Shown here: positions 52,874 through 63,238 of the stretch, one piece after another | Layout: every line of letters begins with the position of its first letter | Position numbering within the stretch: position 1 is the stretch's first letter | Position numbers and translations under genes: made by a program | Origin: Oceanispirochaeta sp. | Lineage (GTDB): Bacteria > Spirochaetota > Spirochaetia > DSM-2461 | Direction: 5' to 3' | Length of the DNA stretch: 64,000 nt | Assembly (NCBI GenBank): GCA_963663385.2 | Contig: CAXXXD010000002.1 | Location: forward strand, 64,001 to 128,000 | Notes under the pieces: generated by a model | Seen by the model: the letters and a program-made list of their open reading frames with translations, nothing else | Database searches by the model: none | Told to the model about the DNA's origin: nothing

Positions 52874-54436
52874 TCAGATTGCAATATCTTCAGCAGTTAA
52901 GTTATAGGGAAGTAATTTTTCATAATCACTCTGTTTTTCACAGCAGGGCAATTCCCGGAAGATAAAGTACAAGTAAGCATAAACTGGAAGATTGTTCATC
53001 TTCGCAGATTCAACGAGACTGTACAGAATTGCCGATGATTCAGCACCTTTCGGGCTTCCGGCAAAAAGCCAGTTTTTTCTCCCGATTACGAAGGGTCTGA
53101 TTGCATTTTCAGCGCTATTGTTCGAAGGAGTCAAAACAGGATTTTTCAGATATAGAACCAACTGCTCCCAGTTGCTCAATGTATACTTCATCGCCTTACC
53201 GAACTCTAAAGAAGGAGGTACTTGAGGATAAAGCTTCGTCAGTTTTTTCTGTAACTTATCTAGTATCGGTTCTGCTCTATTTTGTCGCTGTTTATGAAAC
53301 CCTTTTAGCGAATAATTATCCCGTAATGATTCCAGTTCAAACAGATCCTTTATCAGGTCGAGAATTTGCTTTGCTTCTGCATCTTTTTTCTTGGTTGATT
53401 CCCAATATTGGAAGAACTTTCTTCTGGCATGGGCCCAGCATAAGACATGCTTTATATCTCCATCAACTTTTTTTCGGGCAGTATGGTAGGCCTCAAAATC
53501 ATCAGTTTGAACCCAGCCAGAGTAATTTTCCAAGAAATCCAACGGAATTGCATGGGATCGGCCTTGCTCATACTGAAATATGACACATTTTTTATCGGGA
53601 TCTCCTCTGAGAAAGACCCACATCCATGATTTATCTGAAGCTTTTCGTTTCGGTTCCTTTAGAACCTGAACTCTCGTCTCATCGGCATTAATAATGGAAC
53701 CGGATTTAATGTTTTCTTTCAGCAAATCATATAGAGGCTTACATGCCGTTGCCGATTTTATCGTAAGATTGCTCAATGTCGCCCGGGGGATCGGTATGCC
53801 TATCTGGTTTAACCGTTTTGATTGCCTGTAGAAAGGAAGAGCGAACTCAAACTTTTCGCTTATACTCCAAGCGAGCAGGCTTTCATCGGCAATACTGCCC
53901 GCGACCAGATGCTTTGCTCCTTCTGCGGTCTGTACAGCAGCTTCATCAAGAGTCGTCCCTTCACAATTCTTGCAGGAGTACTTTTTTCTACGTTCCTGAA
54001 TAACAACGACTTTTGACGGAATAATTTTTGCTCTCTCGGAAACATCTTCACCGATACAGGTCTTTTCTGTTCCGCAGGCACAGATCTTATCTTTATCCGG
54101 AATATCATATTCCACGATCTCTCTCGGCAGATCTGCCGGCAGAGGTTTCCGGCCGGATTTTTTAATATTTTTCTTGTAGGAACCGACCTCAACCGTTTCA
54201 ATAACATTTTTCTCCTGCTCTTCATCATTCTGAGCAAAAGCACTATCTTCCGCTTCATTGAAGAGAGAAGCTTGTTTCTTATCTTCGGCAGTTATCTTCT
54301 CTGATTTTGTTCCAAAGTGCAGGAGGTTCAGTTTTGCTACTTGCTCCTGGAGAATGGCATTAAGTCTTTTCAGTTCAGCAATTTCTATTTTTTGTGCATC
54401 AAGTTGTTCTCTTAAATGCTGTTCTTCATTCTCCAT
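52874..54436 (-). CDS. tnpC: IS66 transposase TnpC
   Basis: FGTKSEK, GRKPLPADLPR, LPFYRQ, ADET, CWAHARRKF, NNSAENAIRP..GRKNWLF. Confidence 0.95.
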   Translation of the reverse strand: MENEEQHLREQLDAQKIEIAELKRLNAILQEQVAKLNLLHFGTKSEKITAEDKKQASLFNEAEDSAFAQNDEEQEKNVIETVEVGSYKKNIKKSGRKPLPADLPREIVEYDIPDKDKICACGTEKTCIGEDVSERAKIIPSKVVVIQERRKKYSCKNCEGTTLDEAAVQTAEGAKHLVAGSIADESLLAWSISEKFEFALPFYRQSKRLNQIGIPIPRATLSNLTIKSATACKPLYDLLKENIKSGSIINADETRVQVLKEPKRKASDKSWMWVFLRGDPDKKCVIFQYEQGRSHAIPLDFLENYSGWVQTDDFEAYHTARKKVDGDIKHVLCWAHARRKFFQYWESTKKKDAEAKQILDLIKDLFELESLRDNYSLKGFHKQRQNRAEPILDKLQKKLTKLYPQVPPSLEFGKAMKYTLSNWEQLVLYLKNPVLTPSNNSAENAIRPFVIGRKNWLFAGSPKGAESSAILYSLVESAKMNNLPVYAYLYFIFRELPCCEKQSDYEKLLPYNLTAEDIAI

Positions 54437-54475
54437 ACGGGGAATTCTATCAAAGTTTCTATAATTATAAAATCT

Positions 54476-54820
54476 CTAAATACGGGAATATGATAATTTT
54501 TTATGCGCTTTGAAAAAGTCTATTCCCGTCAGGAGCATTTTCAATTCATCCATGCTGATCTCTTTAGCATCTTCATCTGTTTCCGGCCAGGGATATCTGT
54601 TCTCTTCCAGTCTCTTCTGCCAGAGACAAAAACCGGTATTATCCCAGTAGACAATTTTCAGAAGTTTTCTCTGCCGGTTACAAAAGAGGAATAGCGATTT
54701 GGCGAATAAATCATGATTCATTTCATTCTGGATAAACAGAGATAATCCGTTGATCGCTTTTCTTAAGTCTGTCGTGCCGGGTCTCAGAAAGATCCGGTAT
54801 TCGTTCAGGTCAACAAACAT
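54476..54820 (-). CDS. tnpB: IS66 accessory protein TnpB (IS66 Orf2; unrelated to IS200/605 TnpB)
   Basis: TDLRKAINGL, LFLFCNR, KIVYWD..GFCLWQKRLE. Confidence 0.93.
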   Translation of the reverse strand: MFVDLNEYRIFLRPGTTDLRKAINGLSLFIQNEMNHDLFAKSLFLFCNRQRKLLKIVYWDNTGFCLWQKRLEENRYPWPETDEDAKEISMDELKMLLTGIDFFKAHKKLSYSRI

Positions 54821-55044
54821 TACAACTCTCTCAGAATCTTCAGAAGATCTATCAGGGATTGCCTGTTATAACCTGATGCCAGATCCAATGAGAAATCCTT
54901 GTATCTGAGTATCATTGTGGGGTTTTGTGGCTGTAATACCGGGGCTTTCTGTTTGATTTCAATAAAACTGCTTTTCTTTAATTTTTTTCGATTCTTGTAG
55001 AAAGATGTATAGTGAACTCCTTTATCTGCGCAGAACTCAGAAAT
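54820..55044 (-). pseudogene. tnpA: IS66 tnpA, 3' fragment
   Basis: Joins in frame with the 5' fragment after removing IS21 and one TSD copy: MTNWNWPELIEEQKQSGKTISEFCADKG..., 93 aa. Confidence 0.85.
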
Positions 55045-55168
55045 TGTGAGCAACGGTGCTAGAGTTCCTACATTCAGCGGCGAAAAAGTTCCGCTTTTAC
55101 TGACATAAAAAGGGGCAAATATCCTAAAGTAGAGATTACCACACCTACTACAAAAGGAACCTGCCCCT

Positions 55169-56452
55169 ATGTGTCAAAAGGAAGATCGCATGCATGTAGC
55201 ACGCATCATGGCCAACGAAGGCCATACTCAAAAGTATATCGCTGAGTATCTTGGTGTCAGCGACCGGATGGTAAGGAAATACCTGAATCCGGACTTCAGA
55301 ACCCGTCCCAGGAAATCCCGGGAAAGCATCCTTAAACCATTCTACCCCATAATAGAAGATACCTTGGAAAATGATCCATACTTCAACCTCGTTTATCTTC
55401 ATGAGAGACTACAAAACTCCGGTTATTCTGGAAAAATGACAATCCTACGTGACTATGCCCGGAAGTACAGGAAGAAACTGATTGAGAAAGCAGTAATCCG
55501 CTTTGAAACAGAGCCGGGAAGACAGGCCCAAGTTGACTGGAAAGAATGCGGAAAAATGGAGATTGATGGCAAACTTCAGAAAGTATATGCATTTGTCATG
55601 CTGCTGGGATATAGTAGGATCCCGTTTGTCCTTTTCTCCTTGGATATGACCTCGCCGACATTGCTCCAAGCCCATCTGATGGCATTCCGGTTCTTCGGTG
55701 CTGTTCCGAAGGAAATTCTTTACGACAACATGAGAACAGCCTGGTACAACAACGGCGGTGTCTGGCACGTGAACTCAAAGCTCCTGGCCTTTGCTTCAGC
55801 CTGTGGTTTCACTCCTCTTCGCTGCCAAGTTCGTAGACCGCAAACTAAGGGAAAGGTAGAGCGTTTTATCGGTTACCTGGGCCACAACTTCTTGATCCGT
55901 GAAGAAGCAATGAAGAGCCGCTCAATAAACGATTTAAACCTGACTGTCTCCAAATGGATCAAAACAGTAGTGGAACAGCAGATGAGCCAATTTAAACAGA
56001 CTCGAAAAGAGAGATTTGAGTACGAAAGGCAGTTTATGAACCCTTGGAACCCTGAGGCAGCTCCAGATGTAAGGCTGGTTAAAGAACTGCTTGTCTCCAG
56101 AGAAGGGTTTATTCGTTTTGAATCAAACAAGTACAGCATTCCCGCGGACTTCATAGGACAAGTTGCGACACTGAAAGTAGATACGCTGGCAAGAACTGCC
56201 GCTATCTTCATTGATGGGGCCCCTGTTAGAACCTTCAAGCTTCTGACAAAAGGTGCGAAATTAGAATCTATCCGAAAGATTGATACCGACTCACTGGTTA
56301 AACGCTGGAAGAAAGAGAATCGCATGACAAAAAGGAATGTCGTTGCCAGTGTCCCGGAAATAAAGAATACTCCCAGGTCATCATTGATGCATACAGAGGT
56401 TGATACACGCCATCCTGAAAGCTACGACAAGCTTATGGGGGTAACAGCATGA
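55169..56452 (+). CDS. istA: IS21 transposase IstA
   Basis: N-terminal HTH, RFETEPGRQAQVDW, LGYSR, YDNM, PQTKGKVER. Confidence 0.95.
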   Translation: MCQKEDRMHVARIMANEGHTQKYIAEYLGVSDRMVRKYLNPDFRTRPRKSRESILKPFYPIIEDTLENDPYFNLVYLHERLQNSGYSGKMTILRDYARKYRKKLIEKAVIRFETEPGRQAQVDWKECGKMEIDGKLQKVYAFVMLLGYSRIPFVLFSLDMTSPTLLQAHLMAFRFFGAVPKEILYDNMRTAWYNNGGVWHVNSKLLAFASACGFTPLRCQVRRPQTKGKVERFIGYLGHNFLIREEAMKSRSINDLNLTVSKWIKTVVEQQMSQFKQTRKERFEYERQFMNPWNPEAAPDVRLVKELLVSREGFIRFESNKYSIPADFIGQVATLKVDTLARTAAIFIDGAPVRTFKLLTKGAKLESIRKIDTDSLVKRWKKENRMTKRNVVASVPEIKNTPRSSLMHTEVDTRHPESYDKLMGVTA

Positions 56453-57213
56453 ATGTACTGCAGGAGACCATAGAGATCAGGATGAACGACTTAGGGCTGG
56501 AGTTTATGGCGGCGGGGTTGGAGAGCTTCCTTGAAGCTCAATCTCACACAGAAAACACTCTCTCTCAGTCAATTGCAGACCTATTGGAACTGGAGTACGT
56601 TCCCCGTAAGGAGAGAGCTGCAAAAAGCCGTCTGAAGCTCTCTGGAATGCCATCGATCAAGCTATTAGAGGACTTCGACCTATCCTGGTTGAAGGGAGGA
56701 TTGACCGCTGCTCAACTGGCAGAGTTTTCTAGTCTGGCTTTCATTGAAAGAAAGGAAAATCTAGTACTGATGGGGCCAAGTGGATTGGGTAAAACCCATT
56801 TGATGCTAGCTCTGGCTCATAAAGCCTGTCAGAATGGTTATACTGTATGGTATACAAGCTGCATCGATCTGATGGAGAATCTGACCCATGCCCGGGAGCA
56901 GGGGCGGTTGAAGCGACGGCTTACCTGGCTTAGAAAGCCTCATCTCATCCTTATCGATGAAGTTGGCTACGAGAACCTGACGAAAGAACAGGCCAACTTG
57001 TTTTTTCAGATTGTAAACACCCGCTATGAACAAGGCAGTATGATCATCACCACAAACAAGTCTTTCGGTCGTTGGGCTGAGATTCTGGATGATGAAGCCA
57101 TTGCGACAGCGACTATAGACAGGCTCCTTCACCATGCACATGTCCTGAGTCTTAAAGGGGATTCATACCGGATGAAAGACCGGTTGAAAATAGGGATCGT
57201 TGATCCTGTTTAA
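56449..57213 (+). CDS. istB: IS21 helper ATPase IstB
   Basis: GPSGLGKTH, LILIDEVGY, TTNK.F..W, DRLLHH, GDSYR; ATGA overlap with istA. Confidence 0.96.
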   Translation: MNVLQETIEIRMNDLGLEFMAAGLESFLEAQSHTENTLSQSIADLLELEYVPRKERAAKSRLKLSGMPSIKLLEDFDLSWLKGGLTAAQLAEFSSLAFIERKENLVLMGPSGLGKTHLMLALAHKACQNGYTVWYTSCIDLMENLTHAREQGRLKRRLTWLRKPHLILIDEVGYENLTKEQANLFFQIVNTRYEQGSMIITTNKSFGRWAEILDDEAIATATIDRLLHHAHVLSLKGDSYRMKDRLKIGIVDPV

Positions 57214-57275
57214 TTTTACCCAGAAGCGGAACTTTTAAACCGTTGAAATGAGGAACTTTTTCACCGCTGTTGACA

Positions 57276-57337
57276 GAAATTGTTTTCCCGCTCTGTTTTT
57301 GTTCTTCGATTAATTCAGGCCAATTCCAGTTGGTCAT
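57276..57337 (-). pseudogene. tnpA: IS66 tnpA, 5' fragment
   Basis: SD GGAGG then ATG 57337, MTNWNWPELIEEQKQSGKTI, cut at the IS21 end. Confidence 0.82.
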
Positions 57338-57589
57338 ATTAGGTTCCTCCATGATTTTTCATGGAGTATATAATCATTTCGAAATCACGCAAGATGGAGA
57401 GAATTACCGCTTACTTATAATCAATCGCGACATATTATTTAAAGTAGTGTTCGGGATGCGAAATAAAAATTCTAAAAGTAAAGGATATTGTTTCTGACTT
57501 AATCTGACGAAAGAACAGATCGCGGAGTTTTGAATCGGTTGTAAAGGGTGAGGGGATACGACTCGGGAAGTATCTTGTCTCGGGTGTTT

Positions 57590-58096
57590 CTAGTTGGTAT
57601 TTTCTGAAATCTCTTCACAAATCTCGTCGAGGGATTTTTCTACGGATCTCATGAAAACCATCATCATATCCAACAGACCCTTATCGTACTGGTCTGCAAA
57701 ATGGAAGAGTTTTTTTAACAGATGATCATACATGAAATTCTTGTAATCGAGGAATACAGCTTCACCTTTTTTGGTTAACATTACAAATATTTCTTTCCTG
57801 TTTGAAACTTTTCTATAGCGTTGAAGCAGCTCCCGGTTTTCAAGCTTTTTTATGGTTTTTGTAATAGCCGCTTTTGTTACTCCCAGTTTACTCGCCAAAC
57901 TGGTCATGTTATGATCCCTGTCTTTAACGATCTGACTCATAACAATTGCTTCGGAAAATGAAATAGAACTGTTTTCAACAAAACTTATCTGTATGTTTTG
58001 AAGGATAGAATATTTATTTAATAGTTTTACTGTAAGGTCAATAAAATCATGATATTCCACTAAATCTTCCATTTCGGTATTATCGTCATTTTTCAA
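57590..58096 (-). CDS. MarR-family transcriptional regulator
   Basis: LASKLGVTKAAITKTIKKLE, NRKEIFVMLTKKG; start uncertain (TTG). Confidence 0.85.
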   Translation of the reverse strand: MKNDDNTEMEDLVEYHDFIDLTVKLLNKYSILQNIQISFVENSSISFSEAIVMSQIVKDRDHNMTSLASKLGVTKAAITKTIKKLENRELLQRYRKVSNRKEIFVMLTKKGEAVFLDYKNFMYDHLLKKLFHFADQYDKGLLDMMMVFMRSVEKSLDEICEEISENTN

Positions 58097-58226
58097 TTAA
58101 ATGTATACAGGATATCCAATTGATTTTGACTATATAGAATGCGCTTTGAATCGTTATTTTAACTTTCAAGACTGGAACAAATCTCAACGTAATTTGCGAA
58201 GAGAACCGGACTTATCGTATTTTCTG

Positions 58227-58254
58227 AAAAGGGTCCCGAAGTTTCAGGACCCTT
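58227..58254 (-). terminator. Intrinsic terminator after the solute-binding protein gene
   Basis: Minus strand AAGGGTCCTGAA-ACT-TCGGGACCC-TTTT. Confidence 0.7.
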
Positions 58255-58269
58255 ATGGTTATCCTTAAA

Positions 58270-60009
58270 CTATTTCCACTGTTTAATCAGCTCTTCATAA
58301 GCAATTGTCCTGGGTTCTTCATCCGGTCGTTCCGGTTTGGGAGATCCCGGTTGATCAAGCCAGTACTGAGGATCTCTCTCCGGATTCAATTCAGGAGAAA
58401 ACTGAACAAGGTTCATCTTTCCCATCAGATCATCCATATCCCGAGCCAGGTTGTCCATTGATTCCTGGGGTGTCGTTTCACCGGTAACTGCAGTTGCAAT
58501 ATTTTTCCACCACTGTTCGGCAAGAAGGGGATAATGCGGGACATTGGGTCCTGAATCAGTCCACATATACTCAACTGGTGATTTGTAGAATGTTACGATA
58601 CCGCCGTATGTTCCTTTTTCCTCTTCCTTAGCCAGATAATCCGAGAAAACGGTAGATTTACGGACAGGGGTTCTTCCTTCGATGAATTTTCTCAAACTGA
58701 CAGTTTTTGAGCTGGCAAACTGTGCCCAGAGCCATGCTGCTGCACGCTGATCACCGGTTACGCTGTCCTTAAGAATAGTCCAGCTGCCAGCGTCCTGATA
58801 ACCGACCTTCATTCCTTCGTCCCAGTATTTTCCATGTGGAGTAGGGGCAACGCGCCATAGGGGTTTACCGTTCTCATCTGTTACAGGACTGTCAGGATCG
58901 TTGAACGCAGGATCAGCCAGCCAGGTGATATACTGGAAGGGCCGCTGTGCAATATTTCCTCTGGAAGGAGTAGGTCCCGCTTCTGACCATGTCATGGAAG
59001 CGGCATAGTCGGGAGCATAGTTTTTCATCCAGTCTACATATTTTGTCAGGGCATAAACTGCTGCAGGGCTGTTTACAGCACCACCACGTGAAACACTGGC
59101 ACCGCGGGGAATCTTGTTTTCAACACGAATACCCCATTCATCAACCGGCAGACCATTGGGGATCCCAACATCTCCACAACCAGCAATGGAAAGCCATGCA
59201 TCGGTAAAACGCCATCCCAGTGAGGGTGATTTTTTACCATAGTCCATATGGCCGTAAACTTTTACACCATCGATAGTACCGTTGCCATTCACTTCATTGG
59301 TGAAGAAGTTGGCAATATCTTCGTAGGCTGCCCAGTTAATGGGAACACCGAGGTCGTAACCGTAAATCTTTTTGAACTGAGCCATAATTTCAGGATCCGT
59401 AAACCAGTCATACCTGAACCAGTACAGGTTTGCAAATGCCTGATCAGGAAGCTGCAGCTGGTTCCCGTCATAGTCCTGTCCGAACTCCAGGTTAAGGTAA
59501 TCGTTAAGGTCCAGCATCGGGTTGGTTACAGAGGCGCCTTCTCCAACCATATAGTTATTGAGGTTTAATGCGCTGTTTGCCCTGAGGTGTGTTCCTATCA
59601 TGTCTGCATCATTTACATAAATATCGTATAACTTTCTACCAGTTTGGATCTGACGCTGAACACGGTCGACTACTTCACCTTCACCGATTATGTCATGCTG
59701 AACTTTAATGCCTGTAATCTCCTCAAATGCTTTTGTCAGCACTTCAGATTCCCATTTATGGGTTGCAATCCCTTCCGCACAGGACACAACTACTATTCCT
59801 CTGTATGGTTCGGCTGCCTTGGCAAACCATTCCAGTTCTTGCCGCTGTTCCTCTGGCGTCAGAGCTGACGGAGTAAATACGTCAATCCATTTTTCGATTA
59901 CCTCATCGCTCAATTCAGAGGATCCCGTATCTTTCTGGCCCTCTGCCGTCAATAGGGTTGGTACCATCAATAAAGAGAGTACACAAAGAAACAATAGGGT
60001 TTTTTTCAT
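58270..60009 (-). CDS. ABC substrate-binding protein, glycerol GlpV-like
   Basis: Signal peptide; ELEWFAKAAEPYRG, LPDQ.FANLYWFRYDWF, HMDYGKK, WRFTDAWLS, KVGYQDAGSWT. Confidence 0.85.
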   Translation of the reverse strand: MKKTLLFLCVLSLLMVPTLLTAEGQKDTGSSELSDEVIEKWIDVFTPSALTPEEQRQELEWFAKAAEPYRGIVVVSCAEGIATHKWESEVLTKAFEEITGIKVQHDIIGEGEVVDRVQRQIQTGRKLYDIYVNDADMIGTHLRANSALNLNNYMVGEGASVTNPMLDLNDYLNLEFGQDYDGNQLQLPDQAFANLYWFRYDWFTDPEIMAQFKKIYGYDLGVPINWAAYEDIANFFTNEVNGNGTIDGVKVYGHMDYGKKSPSLGWRFTDAWLSIAGCGDVGIPNGLPVDEWGIRVENKIPRGASVSRGGAVNSPAAVYALTKYVDWMKNYAPDYAASMTWSEAGPTPSRGNIAQRPFQYITWLADPAFNDPDSPVTDENGKPLWRVAPTPHGKYWDEGMKVGYQDAGSWTILKDSVTGDQRAAAWLWAQFASSKTVSLRKFIEGRTPVRKSTVFSDYLAKEEEKGTYGGIVTFYKSPVEYMWTDSGPNVPHYPLLAEQWWKNIATAVTGETTPQESMDNLARDMDDLMGKMNLVQFSPELNPERDPQYWLDQPGSPKPERPDEEPRTIAYEELIKQWK

Positions 60010-60085
60010 AAACCTCTCCTTTATATTTTTTGATTCTCTGTTTTAGTGAAATTGCAGTAAAATAATCCAAAACCTATAATTACTG

Positions 60086-60385
60086 TCAACCCCACATAAA
60101 AACACAGAAGAACCAAATTGCAATGATAAGAGCCGGAATCAGGAGAAATACATTCCCTATAATCCCCAGCCATAGAAGAAAAAATATTATGGATGAATAG
60201 ACGGCTATAAACAGTCTGTCTCCCCTGCCGGTTTCTATCGGAAGAAAGCCCTTTCTATCAATATTGGGTTTGAAAACACCCAGAACACTCAGGAAAATAA
60301 TCGCTCCGAATATTCCGACAATAAAAATTGCGCTTGGAAGAGTCCAATACATCCACTTGAAAGTCTGATAAAACCAATCTGTCAT
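60086..60385 (-). CDS. DUF2160-family small membrane protein (GlpU-like)
   Basis: WMYWTLPSAIF, RKGFLPIET.RGDRLFI. Confidence 0.85.
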   Translation of the reverse strand: MTDWFYQTFKWMYWTLPSAIFIVGIFGAIIFLSVLGVFKPNIDRKGFLPIETGRGDRLFIAVYSSIIFFLLWLGIIGNVFLLIPALIIAIWFFCVFMWG

Positions 60386-60388
60386 CTG

Positions 60389-61213
60389 TTATACCCGTCC
60401 TAAGGCAAAACCTTTTGCCATGTTGTTTCTTACAAAATACACTACAAGAGCTCCGGGGATGATCGTCAGAACGCCAGCCGCTGCCAGCAGTCCCCATTTG
60501 ACTCCTTCTGCTCCAATACCAACCGTCAAGGTTACTACTACCGGTTTGGCATTAACAATTGTTGCTGCTTTTGCAATAATCAGTTCCACCCATGAAAAAG
60601 TGAAACTGAAAAATGCGGTTACACCAATTCCGGGAGCAATCAGTGGCAGGAAGATTTTTCTGAAAAAATGTACAAAACTATATCCGTCTACAAATGCTGT
60701 TTCATCAATCTCCTTTGGTATTCCGGACATAAATCCTTCCAGGATCCATATTGCCAGAGGAACATTGAATAAACAGTGTCCCAGGGCAACGGCCATATGG
60801 GTGTCGTGAATATGCAGTGTATAAAACAGTTCTGTAAAAGGGACAATAAATACGGCGGCAGGTGCCATTCGGTTGGTAAGTAGCCAGAAAAATAGGTGTT
60901 TGTCACCTATAAACTGATACCGGGAAAAGGCATATGCTGCAGGAATGGATACCAGAAGTACCATAACGACATTAATACCAACATAGAAGAAAGAGTTTGC
61001 AAAACTGCTTACCCAGACGCTTGAAGTGAATATTTCCTTATAGTTTTCCAGGGAGATATCTTTGGGAAAGTAGGATAATCCGCTCAGTATCTCCGTATCT
61101 GTTTTAAAGGAAGTGATCAGCATCCAGTAAATGGGGATGCTTAACAGGATAAAATAGATAATCAGGAAAATATACCTTTTCTTCAGTTTACTGTTATTGC
61201 TGCTATTACTCAT
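60389..61213 (-). CDS. Carbohydrate ABC permease (glycerol type)
   Basis: GDKHLFFWLLTNRMAP, PKEIDETAFVDG. Confidence 0.9.
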   Translation of the reverse strand: MSNSSNNSKLKKRYIFLIIYFILLSIPIYWMLITSFKTDTEILSGLSYFPKDISLENYKEIFTSSVWVSSFANSFFYVGINVVMVLLVSIPAAYAFSRYQFIGDKHLFFWLLTNRMAPAAVFIVPFTELFYTLHIHDTHMAVALGHCLFNVPLAIWILEGFMSGIPKEIDETAFVDGYSFVHFFRKIFLPLIAPGIGVTAFFSFTFSWVELIIAKAATIVNAKPVVVTLTVGIGAEGVKWGLLAAAGVLTIIPGALVVYFVRNNMAKGFALGRV

Positions 61214-62079
61214 GATTCCTGCCCCTTACTCTGTCCTACTCGATTTAATACCTGAAAAAACAACCAACTGACAACCAGAACAATAACCAGATAGATGATG
61301 GAAACGGCGCCTGCATAACCCAGTTCATAGGATTCAGCTTTTCTTGCTACAAACATGCTCATATATGTGGTTGTGTCGCCAGGGCCGCCGCCTGTCAGAA
61401 GCAATGGTTCCGCATATATCTTGAATGAATCCATAAACCGTAAAAGGAATCCCAGAACCAGAACAGGTCTTAACTTGGGTAAAGTAACATACCGGAATGT
61501 ATTCCAGGTGGAAGCCCCGTCAATCTCCGCTGCTCTGAAAAATGCGTTTGGAATGGCAAGGTATCCGGAGTATGCCAGAAGGACTACCAATGGGGTCCAG
61601 TGCCATACATCAAGGATGAAAATTGTAAGTGTGGCATCCAGTGCATTAAGCGAAACATTGTAGGAGTAATTGATCCAGCTCAGTATTTCAGGAATCAAAC
61701 CTATATCGGACTGGGTAAACAGCCGCCATACGATGCCTACTACATTATAGGGAATCAAAAGGGGAATCCCTAAAAGGACGAGTGATATCCCGACGCCAAT
61801 CCCTTTTTTCGGAAGAGAGAGAGCTATCATTATTCCCAGGGGAATTTCCACGGCCAGGATGGCAATGCTGAAAAGGAGCTGCCGCCATAATGCCTGATGA
61901 AATTTCGGATCCGTTAAGACATCAACGTAATTGTTAAATCCCACAAACTCCGGGATCGATCCGGAAAAAATATAGTGCAGGGAATAGTTCAATACTGTCA
62001 TTAACGGAACAAAAGCTGTTATTGCCATTATGGCAAGTGCCGGAATTATAAGCAGCCATGCTTTGTTATCATAATTCAT
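61210..62079 (-). CDS. Carbohydrate ABC permease (glycerol type)
   Basis: DVWHWTPLV, AAEIDGAS, LLRFMDSF.IY.EP..LTGGGPG. Confidence 0.9.
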   Translation of the reverse strand: MNYDNKAWLLIIPALAIMAITAFVPLMTVLNYSLHYIFSGSIPEFVGFNNYVDVLTDPKFHQALWRQLLFSIAILAVEIPLGIMIALSLPKKGIGVGISLVLLGIPLLIPYNVVGIVWRLFTQSDIGLIPEILSWINYSYNVSLNALDATLTIFILDVWHWTPLVVLLAYSGYLAIPNAFFRAAEIDGASTWNTFRYVTLPKLRPVLVLGFLLRFMDSFKIYAEPLLLTGGGPGDTTTYMSMFVARKAESYELGYAGAVSIIYLVIVLVVSWLFFQVLNRVGQSKGQES

Positions 62080-62121
62080 TAGTATTCCTCCAATCAGATA
62101 CTTTATTTAATCTAATCTTTT

Positions 62122-63225
62122 TTAATTGAAATCGATTCTTCTGCCTTCGTTGAAAAATTTCAATTTATCCTGCTGAAGCTGAAGCCAGGAAGTATCACCT
62201 TCTTTTATCTTCAAGGACTCTTCTGCACGGCTTTTAATATTAATGTCTCCAAATACTGTCGTTACAATCTGATAGGCACCATTATCCTCTACCAGTTTTA
62301 CTTTTCCTGAAATACAGTCTTTTTCTTCTGAGGAAAATGTCTTTATATACTCAGGTCGTATCCCCAAGGTCAGCTTTCCCTTTGCGGATAACAGCTTTTC
62401 TGTAATATCCTGAGGGACAGAAATGGAGGTTCCGTCAAAACGGACAGTCTTCCCATCGGATACATCAATATCAAACAGATTCATCCCGGGGCTTCCGATA
62501 AAGAATCCTACAAAGGTATTTTCCGGTTCTTCATGAAGTACCTTGGGGGTTGCGACCTGGCAGATATTACCTACATCCATTACGGTTACCTCTTCGGCAA
62601 ATGTAAGGGCTTCATGCTGGTCATGAGTTACATAGATCATTGTGAAATTCAGTTCCTTCTGAACCTGTTTAAGTTTACGCCTCAAACCCCACTGAGCTTT
62701 AGGATCAATGACTGTAAGAGGTTCATCAAGGAGTACAGCAGCGGTATCGGGTCTTACAATTCCACGACCCAACGAGACTTTTTGTTTATCCGCAGGTGTC
62801 AGTCTGCCTACTGACAGATTCAGCAGATTGGTGATCTCAAGAATCTCTGCAACCTCATGAACACGCTTGCTTATCTGCGATCTTTCCATCCCGTCATTCT
62901 GAAGAGGAAAGGCGATATTGCCGTAGACGCTCATTGATTCATACACAACCGGAAACTGAAAAACCTGAGCGATATGTCTCTTTCTTGCTGTCAGTTGAGT
63001 AACATCTTCACCGTCAAAGAGAACCTGTCCTCTGGTGGGAACACGTAAACCGGAAATTATTTCCAGAAGTGTAGTCTTTCCGCAGCCGGACGGTCCGAGG
63101 AGCGCTATTGCCGATCCGTTTTCATAGGTAATATTAATATCCTGAACAGCGTATTTGGGGTTTTCAGTTTTACCGGCCGCCAAATCATAACTATGCCATA
63201 TATCTCTTAATTCTATCGTAGCCAT
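62122..63225 (-). CDS. ABC ATP-binding subunit with degenerate signature (glycerol type)
   Basis: GPSGCGKT, IAQVFQFPVVY, LTPADKQKVSLGRG, DEPLTVIDP, VTHDQ. Confidence 0.9.
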   Translation of the reverse strand: MATIELRDIWHSYDLAAGKTENPKYAVQDINITYENGSAIALLGPSGCGKTTLLEIISGLRVPTRGQVLFDGEDVTQLTARKRHIAQVFQFPVVYESMSVYGNIAFPLQNDGMERSQISKRVHEVAEILEITNLLNLSVGRLTPADKQKVSLGRGIVRPDTAAVLLDEPLTVIDPKAQWGLRRKLKQVQKELNFTMIYVTHDQHEALTFAEEVTVMDVGNICQVATPKVLHEEPENTFVGFFIGSPGMNLFDIDVSDGKTVRFDGTSISVPQDITEKLLSAKGKLTLGIRPEYIKTFSSEEKDCISGKVKLVEDNGAYQIVTTVFGDINIKSRAEESLKIKEGDTSWLQLQQDKLKFFNEGRRIDFN

Positions 63226-63238
63226 ATTCTATCTATCC

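Larger units (their letters stand above)
55045..57275 (+). mobile_element. IS21-family element (2231 bp)
   Basis: TG...CA ends, imperfect IRs with repeated CGG...AGTTCC units, 5-bp TSD GAAAT (55040-55044, 57276-57280), istA-istB. Confidence 0.95.
52827..57414 (-). mobile_element. IS66-family element interrupted by an IS21-family element
   Basis: Terminal IRs GTAAGCGGTAATTCT (15 bp perfect); 8-bp TSD TTATAATC at 52819-52826 and 57415-57422; tnpA-tnpB-tnpC order. Confidence 0.95.

Noticed and set aside
54476..54820. RNA-guided TnpB nuclease
   Set aside because: 114-aa IS66 accessory TnpB; shares only the name and has no RuvC motifs
56977..57518. 15-bp direct repeat CTGACGAAAGAACAG in istB and downstream of IS66
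   Set aside because: About one such match is expected by chance in 64 kb, and it does not extend
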